Source: Candidatus Woesearchaeota archaeon
GTDB taxonomy: Archaea > Nanobdellota > Nanobdellia > Pacearchaeales > GW2011-AR1
Direction: 5' to 3'
Assembly: GCA_964530955.1 (NCBI GenBank)
Contig: CAZHCL010000001.1
Location: 49,381-113,380 of the forward strand
DNA: 64,000 nucleotides
Shown here: one piece after another, positions 45,860-56,208 of the stretch
How positions within the stretch are numbered: position 1 is the first letter of the stretch
Layout of the letters: each line of letters begins with the position of its first letter
Program-made: the position numbers and the translations under genes
Notes under the pieces: model-generated
What the model saw: only the letters and a program-made list of their open reading frames with translations
Databases searched by the model: none
Told to the model about the DNA's origin: nothing

Positions 45860-48800
45860 ATGGTGAAAAAAATAAATAAAACGATCTATGGTGCGGTTAT
45901 ATTTCAAATAGCATTAATGATGGGAATGACTGTGTCATTTTCATATATTCTTAATGAAGCTTCAAATACTGGAGCAACTGTAGGTAATTCCAATCAAAAT
46001 GGGATTCAAAAAGTTCTTCTGCATGCACTTTGGATTCTTGACAAAATAGTTTTTAATCAGAATAACTTTGCTTCTGCTCTTTCACAGAGTGATTTGAAGC
46101 AGTGATGCTATACCTGACATATTGATAAAAATGGATCAATATGTCAAGAATATCCTGCAAGTGATTGTGCTGGGCAATGTTCTGTTAGTTGTTTGCCTAC
46201 TGCTGCTGACCAAACTTCTGTCTGCAAAGTGGGAACATGCTACGATCCTGTTCAGGGAACATGTCAAACAGGAGCTCCTCAGGAAGCATGCCAGCAGAAT
46301 GGAGGAAAGTGGTTTAATGACCCCTATGGAAATGTTGCACAATGCATGCCTGGATGCTGCCTACTTGGAAATAGTGCTTACTTTCTGACTTCACAGCAAT
46401 GCGCTAGAAATGCAAATGCCACGGGATTAAAAAGTGATTTTAGACCTGAAGTAAACACTGAAATTGGATGTCTTGCTCTTTCACAGACTCAGGAGCAGGG
46501 AGCATGTGTATTTGAAGACAATACTGGATTACAAAATACTTGTAAATTTACGAGTAAACTTAATTGCCAGCAGGATTTGAAAGGAAAATTTTATTCTGGA
46601 CTATTATGTTCAAATTCTGCATTAAATACAAATTGCAAGCCTCAGGCAAGCATAAGCTGTATCCAGGGAAAAGATGAAGTTTACTGGATAGACTCATGCG
46701 GAAATCAGGAAAATATTTACGATGCAAATAAGGTGGCTAGCTTTAACAATGGAAATATTTTAAGTAAAAATAATAGTTGCTCTCTTTCTGTTGGAACAAA
46801 TTCTTTAGCAAATCAGGCAAGTTGTGGAAACTGCAATTATCTTTTGGGAAGTATTTGCGGGACAAAAACAAGCACGCAAAAATTATCTGAACCAAATGCA
46901 AATGTTGTATGCAAAGACATTTCATGCATTGATGAAAATGGAAAGAAAAGACTGAATGGAGAATCTTGGTGTGCATATCAGAGTTCAACAGGAACAGAAA
47001 AAGGAGCAGGAGGATACTTGAGAGCTACAGATACTGTAGGGTCGAGAGATTTCAGAGAATCATGTATTAATGGAGAGATTAAAACTGATCCTTGTGCTGA
47101 TTACAGAAATGAAATATGCACGCAGTCACAGACCACCACTCCTGATGGAGAAATATCTTCTGCTGCCTGCAGAATTAATTTAGGATATCAATGTTATGAC
47201 TATAATTCAAAGGGGAAAAAAGATTTCTGTGACCAAAATCCTGACTGTTTTATAAAACATGTTCAGGTAACTGATAGTTTTGTATTTGATATTTGCGCTC
47301 CAAAATATACTCCTGGATTTGACTTGACCGCAAGAGGAGGGAGTGCTGCAAGTATTTGCTCACTCGCAACACAAACATGCACTGTTGTTTATGTTCACCA
47401 GCTTTTCGGAGGATGGAAGTGCAAAGCAAATTGTGATTGTGAGACACCAAAATTTGCTGAGCAGATGAACGACTTATGTATTTCATTAGGCGATTGCGGG
47501 ACAAAAACAAATTATCTTGGAGATTTAAGTAAAAATAGTAGAACAATAAAAGATGGAAGAACTGGAGGTCCTACTTTAAGCAGCGGTTACATTAATGGTT
47601 TGGTAAAAGATGCAAACGAAAAACTTTTCAAAAATAATTATATTGCCGCAGGAGATCCTTCCAAGTTATATGCTCAACTCGGGATTCCAGGTTGGCTTGG
47701 GCAGGCGCAGACTCCTACTGATCCTACAATTGGCATAAGAGGAGTAGCGTCGATGGTTTCCGGTATGGGTGGAGTAATGCTTTGGGGATTGACACATCTG
47801 GCTGTTGGCCATGCTGTTTTAAGCTCGGTCGGGTTAATGGTTCCTCTTCAAGGGCCTACCCTTACGGGAGCTCCTCTTGGAAGCGTAGTAAATCCTACAT
47901 TCGGAGCAATCAGTGGAGCAGCAAGCGGAGCTGCAGTTGGATTAGCAATAGTTTCATTCTTAATTGATTTTACAGGAATTGGTCCTGGAATTCCTCCTGA
48001 ATTAACTTATGGTCTAATGGCAGCAGGAGCGATTGGAGGAGCAATTGTCGGATTGCAAATTACAGGCCATTCAGCAGTAATTGGAGTCCTCTCAACAAAT
48101 CCTGTTGGATGGATAATCCTGGCGGTCGTAATTATAATTATAATAATTCTTTCAATACTTGGAATTGGAAAGATAAAGAAAATAAATTATACTTTCCAAT
48201 GCAATGTCTGGCAGCCGACACCTGGAGGAAATAAATGTAGTCAATGCGGAAGCGATGGTTTTCCATGTAGTCAATATTCATGCCAAAGTTTGGGACAGAC
48301 TTGTCAGCTTGTGAATGAGGGAACTGCAAATCCTGCTTGTGTAAATATGGCTCCTAATGACACTTCTCCTCCAGTAATTACTCCTTACTCTGGATTGCTA
48401 CCTGATGGATATACTGCTAATGTTGTGCAAAATGGTGTGCAAATAAAAGCATCTGGAAATGGAGGATGTATTTCTGAAACTTACCAGCCAATTACTTTTG
48501 GAATATTGTTAAATGAATATGGACAGTGTGCAGTCAGTAGTAATCACACTTCTTCATTCGATGAAATGGATCAGGTATTAAGCGCAGGATTATATTTACA
48601 GAATCACAGTTTGCCGATACTAGTTCCGAGTGCAGAAAGTTTGGGATTAGAAAGTTTTGACCCTAATGCAAGTGCAGATTACAATATTTATGTCAGATGC
48701 CAGGATAAATCTGGAAATGCAAATATGAATGAGTATGATATTAATTTCTGCATAAAACCTGGAAACGACACTACCCCTGCGAGTATTATAGATAGTAATC

Positions 48801-49702
48801 CTTCTTTTGGTACTGTTGCGTATAATGTAACAAATATAGATGAATCAATAATAACAAGTGAACCTGCAGAGTGCAACTGGGATATTACAGATAAAGTATA
48901 TAATTTAATGGCAAATAATTTCAGCTGCCAGAATAATATTGAAAATAGAACTAGCCTTTCTTTGGTCAGCCCTTCAGGATGGGAATGCAATGCCCAGTTG
49001 CCTTTCGCAATGTCTCAAAATTCTAGCACATATTATGTAAGATGTCTAGACCAACCCTGGCTTACTGGAGAAAATGTTAGCAAGAGAAATGTAAATACTC
49101 AGGGCTATCCTCTGACTTTTACTCGAACGAAAAATCCTTTGAATATTACTTCAATAAATGTGGATGGAAAGAATTTAACATTTGGAACAGCTCCTGCGAG
49201 TGTTGAAGTTGATGTAAAAACTTCTGGAGGATTGGATGGAACTGCCAAGTGCTCCTATATCTGGGGCAATTCTACAATTGATTTTATGGATACTTGGAAA
49301 ACAACCAGCACACAGGTTTTTCAGAGCATATATCCAGGTACTATAACTCTTCCAATAGTATGCCAAGATTCTATTGGAGATGTAGCGCAGAAAACAGTTC
49401 ACTTTAAGATATTACTAGATACTTCTGCTCCCGAAATAAGTAGAGCTTATGTTCAGTCAGGAACTTTGAATATTATAACTAATGAAAAATCAAGCTGTTA
49501 TTACAGCACAGATATCAGCCAACAGTGTTTGTTTGACATGAATAATGCAAGCCAGTTTAATGGAGTAAACATTGTATCTCACACTATAAGTTTTGATACT
49601 AAAAATACATATTACATAAAGTGCAAAGATTCTTTTGGAAACTATCCTGGAACATGTAATATGATAATAAGGCAGGGCAATTATGAGTCGCAACAATTAT
49701 AA
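45860..49702 (+). CDS. Giant Cys-rich surface protein (1280 codons) interrupted by in-frame TGA at 46103 and 46115; readthrough, pseudogene or sequence error unresolved
   Basis: ORFs 45860..46105 and 46193..49702 share one frame; intervening codons read Q*CYT*HIDKNGSICQEYPASDC and align to paralog CCEKTLSGLSCQ. Confidence 0.75.
46115..46146. repeat. Perfect 12-bp inverted repeat starting at the second in-frame TGA
   Basis: TGACATATTGAT-AAAAATGG-ATCAATATGTCA. Confidence 0.95.
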
Positions 49703-49724
49703 ATGTAAAACATCTGGTTTATCC

Positions 49725-50489
49725 ATGCAGGCAAAAAAGGGACAGGTAGCTATATTTGTGATTATTGCAATTGTTATTGTTGGAGCGATACTTCTTATCT
49801 TTTTGTATCCAAAAATTCCAATCATTAGTCAAAATTCAGAACTCTCTCCTGTTGCTTATCTAAAAAGTTGCATAACTCCTGAAATAAATAAGGATGTCTT
49901 ACTTCTTTCAAAGAATGGAGGATATGCAAATCCTGAAGGTGTTCTTGATTATCAGGGAGATAAAATAAAATATTTATGCTATACTTCTGAATATTACAAA
50001 ACTTGCGTTGTTCAACAGCCTTTGATAAAAGAGCATTTTGAACAGGAGCTCAATACTCTTGTACATAGTAAAGTAAATGATTGCGTTCAGAGTTTAAAGC
50101 AGGAATACATAAACAGAGGATACGATATAACTCTTGGAAATATTGAAAGCAAGACAAGTATTAATCCGGATAATATATTAGTTTCTATCACCTCTCCTAT
50201 TACTGTAAGCAAGGCAGGGGCATCTCAAACCTTTAACGGATTTGATGTTCAAATAGGGAGCAAGATGTATGACCTGCTCATGATAACTGTCAGCATAATT
50301 GATTATGAATCGACATTGGGAGACAGCGAGACTACATTGTATCTTCAATATTATCCTGATTTGAAAATAGAAAAGGTTAAATTGAGTGATGGCAGTAAAG
50401 TTTATACTCTGACCGATGTTGTTAGCGATGAAAGCTTCAGATTTGCGTCGAGAAGTCTTGCCTGGCCGCCAGGTTATGGAGGAGCATAA
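49725..50489 (+). CDS. Class III signal-peptide (pilin-like) protein, paralog B
   Basis: MQAKKG/QVAIFVIIAIVIVGAILLIFL; ATG at 49725. Confidence 0.82.
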   Translation: MQAKKGQVAIFVIIAIVIVGAILLIFLYPKIPIISQNSELSPVAYLKSCITPEINKDVLLLSKNGGYANPEGVLDYQGDKIKYLCYTSEYYKTCVVQQPLIKEHFEQELNTLVHSKVNDCVQSLKQEYINRGYDITLGNIESKTSINPDNILVSITSPITVSKAGASQTFNGFDVQIGSKMYDLLMITVSIIDYESTLGDSETTLYLQYYPDLKIEKVKLSDGSKVYTLTDVVSDESFRFASRSLAWPPGYGGA

Positions 50490-50491
50490 AA

Positions 50492-52024
50492 ATGGAAGAA
50501 AAAAATAAAATAATGAAAGGGATTTTGTTGCTAGTCGGATTGTCTGTTTTTATTCTAGTAGCTAATATAAATTTTTCATCTGCAGATGGACTTAATCAGA
50601 CAATTTGCTGTGAGAAAACTCTTTCTGGACTTTCATGCCAAAATGTTCCGCAGGATCAATGCAGTCCTAATTCAAGACAGGCTCCAACTTCATGTGACTC
50701 AACTTCATTCTGCAAGCCAGGAGTTTGTTATAATTCTGTTCAGGGAACATGCTTAGACAACACTCCTCAAATAACTTGCAATTCTAATGGAGGAGTATGG
50801 AGTGCACAAACACCCCCACAATGTTCTCTAGGATGCTGTATTCTAGGCAATCAGGCAGCTTTCGTGACTCTTACAAGATGTAAATACTTATCCTCTTCTT
50901 TAGGATTACAAACTAATTATAACAATAATGTACAGGATGAAAATCAGTGTATTTTACAAGTTCAGAATCAGGACCAGGGAGCCTGCGTCTATACTGATCA
51001 ATTCCAGAAGACTTGCAAGTTTACAACAAGAGGAGAGTGCGGAGCTAATTTAAATGGCACAAGTGCACAAGCGCAATTCTTCAAAGACAAGTTATGCAGT
51101 GCTCCAGAACTAGGAACTAACTGCGCGCCTACGACAAAGACTGCCTGTATTCCTGGAAAAGATGAAGTTTATTTTGTTGATACTTGTGGAAATCCGGGAA
51201 ATATTTATGATTCTTCAAAAATAAATGACCAGGATTACTGGACAAATGTAAAAACTAAAGACCAATCATGCAGTCCTTCATCAGGCAATGCAAATTCACC
51301 TAACTGCGGTAACTGCAATTATTTATCCGGAAGCATTTGCAGAGCAGCTAATTCAACTGGACAAAAGCCAAGTTATGGAAGTTATATATGCCAAGATTTA
51401 AACTGCGGGAAAACATCAGACGGAAAATCTTACAAGCAGGGAGAATCCTGGTGCGTCTACAATGATCAGGGAGGAAGTTCAAATTCGAACAATGCAGTTG
51501 GAAGCAGATTCTACAAGCACATTTGTGAAAATGGACAGGAAGTTCTTGAGCAATGTGCGGACTTTAGACAGGAAGAATGCATTCAAGATAGCATACAAAC
51601 TTCAGCTGGGCCTTTCTCTCAGGCAGCATGCAGGGTAAACCGATGGCAGGATTGCACTGCTCAAACTAACAAAGCTGACTGCGCTAATAGTGATAAAAGA
51701 GACTGCACCTGGGAAGCGGGAGCAGCAATAGGAAATTCAACTGGCGGAGCTTGCATTCCGACTAATTCTCCCGGTTTACAGTTCTGGTCTGGAGATCAAG
51801 CTCAGAGTATTTGCTCGCAGGGAAATGCACAGTGCATAGTTACATTCGAGAAAGGACTTTTTGGTGGAGAGACTTGCAAAAGTAATTGTCAATGTTTAAC
51901 ATCTGGATGGCAACAGCAAAGAATCCAAATTTGTGAATCTCTTGGAGACTGCGGACCAAAAATAAACTGGATTGGAAGCCAAGGATACAAAGCAGGATAC
52001 AATCTTACTATCCGAAAAGCATAA
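50492..52024 (+). CDS. Secreted Cys-rich protein matching the N-half of the giant protein
   Basis: Signal peptide; shared motifs GCC.LGN, QGACV, GKDEVY..D.CGN, GESWC.Y, CAD.R.E.C, LGDCG. Confidence 0.85.
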   Translation: MEEKNKIMKGILLLVGLSVFILVANINFSSADGLNQTICCEKTLSGLSCQNVPQDQCSPNSRQAPTSCDSTSFCKPGVCYNSVQGTCLDNTPQITCNSNGGVWSAQTPPQCSLGCCILGNQAAFVTLTRCKYLSSSLGLQTNYNNNVQDENQCILQVQNQDQGACVYTDQFQKTCKFTTRGECGANLNGTSAQAQFFKDKLCSAPELGTNCAPTTKTACIPGKDEVYFVDTCGNPGNIYDSSKINDQDYWTNVKTKDQSCSPSSGNANSPNCGNCNYLSGSICRAANSTGQKPSYGSYICQDLNCGKTSDGKSYKQGESWCVYNDQGGSSNSNNAVGSRFYKHICENGQEVLEQCADFRQEECIQDSIQTSAGPFSQAACRVNRWQDCTAQTNKADCANSDKRDCTWEAGAAIGNSTGGACIPTNSPGLQFWSGDQAQSICSQGNAQCIVTFEKGLFGGETCKSNCQCLTSGWQQQRIQICESLGDCGPKINWIGSQGYKAGYNLTIRKA

Positions 52025-52064
52025 ATACTTCTTATTCTTTCTGAATTGGCACTTGGTTGATAAA

Positions 52065-52760
52065 ATGAAAGGTATCAATGGATTGCAAAAAATAGTTTTG
52101 GCAGGTTCTTTATTAGGATTTACTGGCTGCGAGAACATGAGCGAGTATGAGCCTTCTTCTCAAAATAGATTAAATTCTGCAATATTTAGTGGCGCTGCGC
52201 AAAATGCTCCAACTCAGGGAAGTAGGGTTGCGTGGGGTCTTCTCGGGCAGGCATATGCTGCAGAGGCAGCACATCAGGAAAGGATGGCTGAAGCTGCTGC
52301 TGGGAGAAGCCAGATTAATATTAATCAAAACCAGTATCCTACGCAAAATAGTTCTGCAAATAATGGAACTCAATTCACTGCAACCATATATCCTAGAATG
52401 AATTTGTGGACTGATAGGAATAATAATGGGCAGGTTGAGGCTGAAGAATTGACTGAGACAAATAATTTTCATGTTATGCAGTGGGCAATGCCTTCATTTT
52501 ACAATGAGTCTAAATTTCCTATAAACGCTGAAATTATAGTAACGGATTCATCAAAAAAGACAATTATAGATGACTGCTGCGTTCTCGCTCCTTGCCCTGA
52601 TTCGGCCCGGGCAACCATTAAGTTTGTCTATTTTACAGATGATGGAACAAATAATATGAGTCCGTATAGTGTTGCCTTTAATGTTATAATGGATGCAAGA
52701 ACAGTTCCAGTCAAGAAAAGTACATTAATTGTTTATTCAGTTAACTTTCTTCCGAAATAG
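52065..52760 (+). CDS. Putative lipoprotein of unknown function
   Basis: MKGINGLQKIVLAGSLLGFTG/C lipobox-like; DRNNNGQVEAEE EF-hand-like loop; ATG at 52065. Confidence 0.6.
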   Translation: MKGINGLQKIVLAGSLLGFTGCENMSEYEPSSQNRLNSAIFSGAAQNAPTQGSRVAWGLLGQAYAAEAAHQERMAEAAAGRSQININQNQYPTQNSSANNGTQFTATIYPRMNLWTDRNNNGQVEAEELTETNNFHVMQWAMPSFYNESKFPINAEIIVTDSSKKTIIDDCCVLAPCPDSARATIKFVYFTDDGTNNMSPYSVAFNVIMDARTVPVKKSTLIVYSVNFLPK

Positions 52761-52834
52761 ATGCTATTTAATGTGAATAACCTTTTTTCATAAATATTAA
52801 GAATATTTATAAACATAAAAATTCTTGATAAAGG

Positions 52835-55195
52835 ATGAGGAAAGAGCTGAAAAAGAGGGCTGTATTTTTTAGTGTAATTTGCCAAATATTTTTGTTGATA
52901 GGGACAAGTTTTGCTTTTGCTTTTTTAATTAGTGATAATTTTGTTAATGCAGCAGGAGGAATTTTAGGTAGTTCAGCCCCTGCTCAGACAACTCCAACAC
53001 CAGTATATATTGCCAAGACTCCCAGTGCGAGTATTATTGGAACTGGCAGCAGTACTCAAGCGGCTGCATTGTCTCCAATACAAAACTTTCCTGCCGGAGG
53101 GATTACAATACCTAACACTTTTGAAGTGAATAATCCTACATTTGGTGGTCTTGAAACTTGGTCTCAGGGAAGCACAATTAAAACTCAAGTTTATGATTCG
53201 GCCGCAGGGAAATGGCAATTATCGGGTACATATTCTGATGGAACAACTTGGAGTGAATCTGTTGACCAGGGTACCTTTAACCAGATACTCACTAAATCAG
53301 GATACCAACAAATACCTCAGGCGCAGGCGAAGATACTAGGAATAGGTCCTACTGTGAGTGGCGGATTTTCTTATCTTGTTCAGGGATTAAACTATGCAAT
53401 ACTTGTTGCAGGAGTGATACAACTTATTGGGCCCCTCATTGGTCTTAGTTCTCAGACTACAAAGGCATTAACTGTTTCTGCAATTGGAGGAATTATCGCC
53501 GGTAAAGCTGTTGGTTCTCTTGGGGCAGCAGGTTTTGGGAAGGAAGCTAACTTAATAGGCGGAAAATTCGGTAATTGGCTTACGGGTGGTTATGGCCAGT
53601 TTACAGTTGGAGCAATAGTTGCAATAGCGATATTTATTGCGATGTATTCATCTGAATCAAAGAAACTTGTTAACTTCCAATGCTTGCCATTTGAGCCTCC
53701 TCTTGGTGGGAGTCAATGCGAGCAATGCAACAAAGATCCTTTCAGACCATGCTCCGAATATAGATGCAGATCTCTTGGACAGGCATGCCAATTACTTAAT
53801 GCTGGAACAGGGCAAGAACAATGCGCCTGGGTTGGAAGTAATGATGTGAAAAGCCCAACTATTACTCCTTGGGATGCAGCATTATCTCCTTTCGGATTGA
53901 AATATTTACCTGACACTGCAGTAAGACCTCCCGCAATAGGAACTAAAATAGTAACTTCGAGCGGAGGATGTCTTCCTGCTTTCACTCCTCTTCAATTTGG
54001 AATAACAACTGATGAGCCTTCGCAATGCAAGATAGATTACAATCACACTTCTTCATTCGATGACATGCAATATTATTTCGGAGGAAGCAATTATTATGCA
54101 TATAATCATACTGAGCAGCTTAGATTGCCGGGGCCAGATACTGGAAATAACAGCATCGCTCCTGAGATAAAGAATGATGGAAGTTTCTCATTGTATGCAA
54201 GATGCAGAGATGCAAACGGAAACTTTAACGTCGATGAATATGCATTTTCATTCTGCGTTGACAAGGGACCAGATACAACGCCTCCAGTGATAGAAGGATT
54301 TTCTATACCTTCTGGAAGCTATGTTGGATTTAATCAAAATACAGTTCCTATTGAATTATATGTTAATGAGCCATCAGAATGTAAGTGGAGCACTCAAAGT
54401 AAGGCATATGATGACATGGAAAATTCTCTGACATGCTTCACTCAGAGTTATCAGGTCAATGCTAACTTACAATATACTTGCTACGGAAATGTTACTGGAG
54501 TTACTAATAATCAGGATAATAATTATTATTTCAGATGCAAAGATCAGCCCGGAAAGCCGGACAACCAAAGAAATGTCGATGTACAAAGTACTCTTCTTGA
54601 TTTGAAAGGCTCACAACCACTGGTGATACTTTCTGCTTCACCTAACTCAACAATTACTGGAAGCGCAGACACTGTTCCAGTAACTCTTCAGCTTGAGACA
54701 AGCGCAGGAGCCCAGGGAAATGGAAATGCTACGTGCTATTTCTCGCCTACTGGAGAAAATGATAGTTATATTGCAATGTTTGAAACAAATAGTTACTTGC
54801 ATAGCCAGGACTTGAATCTACCTAATGGAAATTATAATTATTATTTCAGATGCATAGACTTAGGTGGAAACGCAGCGGAGGCAAACACGACTTTCAGCGT
54901 ATCCGTGGACAAGCAAGCTCCTCAGGTGACAAGAGTTTACAAACAAGATGCTCTTAAAATAGTCACAGATGAAAGTGCCGAGTGCAGTTATTCACTTACT
55001 TCCTGTAATTTTGATATTTCAGATGGATTGAAGATGATTTACTCCAATCCAGATATAAGGAATAATTTGTATGCTGAATGGAAACCTAGCAGCACATATT
55101 ATATAAGATGCAGAGACTTGTTTGGTAATGAACCTTCTCCTAATCAGTGCAGCATTGTTGTAAGTGCAGTAACTCTTACTGGTAAAAGCAGTTAA
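52835..55195 (+). CDS. Surface protein matching the C-half of the giant protein
   Basis: N-terminus ICQIFLLIGTSFAFAFLI like 45860; Gly/Ala hydrophobic region; FQC...GG..C..C, CQSLGQ/CRSLGQ, NHTSSFD, RC.D..GN, DT..P, YYIRC.D.FGN. Confidence 0.88.
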   Translation: MRKELKKRAVFFSVICQIFLLIGTSFAFAFLISDNFVNAAGGILGSSAPAQTTPTPVYIAKTPSASIIGTGSSTQAAALSPIQNFPAGGITIPNTFEVNNPTFGGLETWSQGSTIKTQVYDSAAGKWQLSGTYSDGTTWSESVDQGTFNQILTKSGYQQIPQAQAKILGIGPTVSGGFSYLVQGLNYAILVAGVIQLIGPLIGLSSQTTKALTVSAIGGIIAGKAVGSLGAAGFGKEANLIGGKFGNWLTGGYGQFTVGAIVAIAIFIAMYSSESKKLVNFQCLPFEPPLGGSQCEQCNKDPFRPCSEYRCRSLGQACQLLNAGTGQEQCAWVGSNDVKSPTITPWDAALSPFGLKYLPDTAVRPPAIGTKIVTSSGGCLPAFTPLQFGITTDEPSQCKIDYNHTSSFDDMQYYFGGSNYYAYNHTEQLRLPGPDTGNNSIAPEIKNDGSFSLYARCRDANGNFNVDEYAFSFCVDKGPDTTPPVIEGFSIPSGSYVGFNQNTVPIELYVNEPSECKWSTQSKAYDDMENSLTCFTQSYQVNANLQYTCYGNVTGVTNNQDNNYYFRCKDQPGKPDNQRNVDVQSTLLDLKGSQPLVILSASPNSTITGSADTVPVTLQLETSAGAQGNGNATCYFSPTGENDSYIAMFETNSYLHSQDLNLPNGNYNYYFRCIDLGGNAAEANTTFSVSVDKQAPQVTRVYKQDALKIVTDESAECSYSLTSCNFDISDGLKMIYSNPDIRNNLYAEWKPSSTYYIRCRDLFGNEPSPNQCSIVVSAVTLTGKSS

Positions 55196-55208
55196 TTTTA
55201 GAATATTG

Positions 55209-55607
55209 TTAAATTGATGATTCAAAGAACTGGCCGAATTTTTGTGCTACCTGCTTTGCCTTTTTTCTTGATATGACGAAACTTTTACCTGAATCATCCA
55301 ACTGCTCCGGATTAATGAAAAGCCAGCCTTCGTAGGTGAACCTTAAAGCAATAACTGGCTTTAATCCGATAATATTTGTAAAAAGAATAAAATCTTCTAT
55401 CTGAGATTTTTTTATATAAACATATTTTCCTTTTGATGATTTTGCTTCAACAGTATATCCTTTGTGACCTATTTTTCCTGCAATTATGTCACATGGAGAT
55501 TCATCATTGACTCCTGAGCCAGCTACTCTTACTGCTCTCCACCCATTTTCAGTAAAAAGAGCAACCAGCTCTCTTTCTGCATTAGAACCTTTAGATTTAT
55601 TTGACAT
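55209..55607 (-). CDS. hjc: Holliday junction resolvase Hjc
   Basis: KGSNAEREL, RVAGSG, DIIAG, VEAKSS. Confidence 0.92.
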   Translation of the reverse strand: MSNKSKGSNAERELVALFTENGWRAVRVAGSGVNDESPCDIIAGKIGHKGYTVEAKSSKGKYVYIKKSQIEDFILFTNIIGLKPVIALRFTYEGWLFINPEQLDDSGKSFVISRKKAKQVAQKFGQFFESSI

Positions 55608-55647
55608 ATTATTTCCTCTTTAAACAGTTAAAATTATCTTCTAAGAT

Positions 55648-56199
55648 TTAAATAACTTTGCCAGATGGCATTGTTATTTGAAAATTGCTTAGTGCAACTG
55701 GAAAATAAAGATATATAGGAGAAGGTCTGCCTATGGATGAGTCATAGATAGCAGCTTCGAGAGTAAATTTATCTACGAATTGCGAATCAGGATGATAATC
55801 GCACCAAAATCTAGTTCCAAGCTGTCGGTCTATTATACTAAACCCTGACTGGTGAGAAACAACTATTCCAAAATGAACCCATTGGTCGGAGCCAGGGTCT
55901 CTTTCTTTATGTCCTTTCAAGACATTGACTTCTCTTGCTCTGTTCTCCTCCAGACTTGTAGCTGCAATTAACTCTATTGCTGAATATATTTTATCATAAA
56001 CCTTCTCTATTGCTTTTTCAACTAACTCTCCTGATAAATATATATCGAACCCAGATTCATAAAGAGAATACATTACATTTCTTAAATTTTTGACGTCACT
56101 TTCTTTTAGCAGTGCAGAAACAAGCCCGAAAGATTCATCTTTGCTTTTCTCATCTGGAAAATCAGAAACAGACCTTGTTGCAAGAGGGATAATCTTCAT
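55648..56199 (-). CDS. Hypothetical protein
   Basis: 183-aa ORF; no firm motif. Confidence 0.55.
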   Translation of the reverse strand: MKIIPLATRSVSDFPDEKSKDESFGLVSALLKESDVKNLRNVMYSLYESGFDIYLSGELVEKAIEKVYDKIYSAIELIAATSLEENRAREVNVLKGHKERDPGSDQWVHFGIVVSHQSGFSIIDRQLGTRFWCDYHPDSQFVDKFTLEAAIYDSSIGRPSPIYLYFPVALSNFQITMPSGKVI

Positions 56200-56208
56200 T
56201 CTCTTACT

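Noticed and set aside
46115-46146. Invertible DNA switch using the 12-bp inverted repeat
   Set aside because: Inversion would change only the 8-nt loop and leave the TGA in the arm; no recombinase is nearby.
49683-49724. Upstream start for pilin-like paralog B given in the ORF track
   Set aside because: It overlaps the end of the giant gene; the class III signal fits ATG 49725.
55648-56199. Nucleotidyltransferase call from the DIYLSG motif
   Set aside because: The GS and DxD catalytic pattern is not convincingly present.
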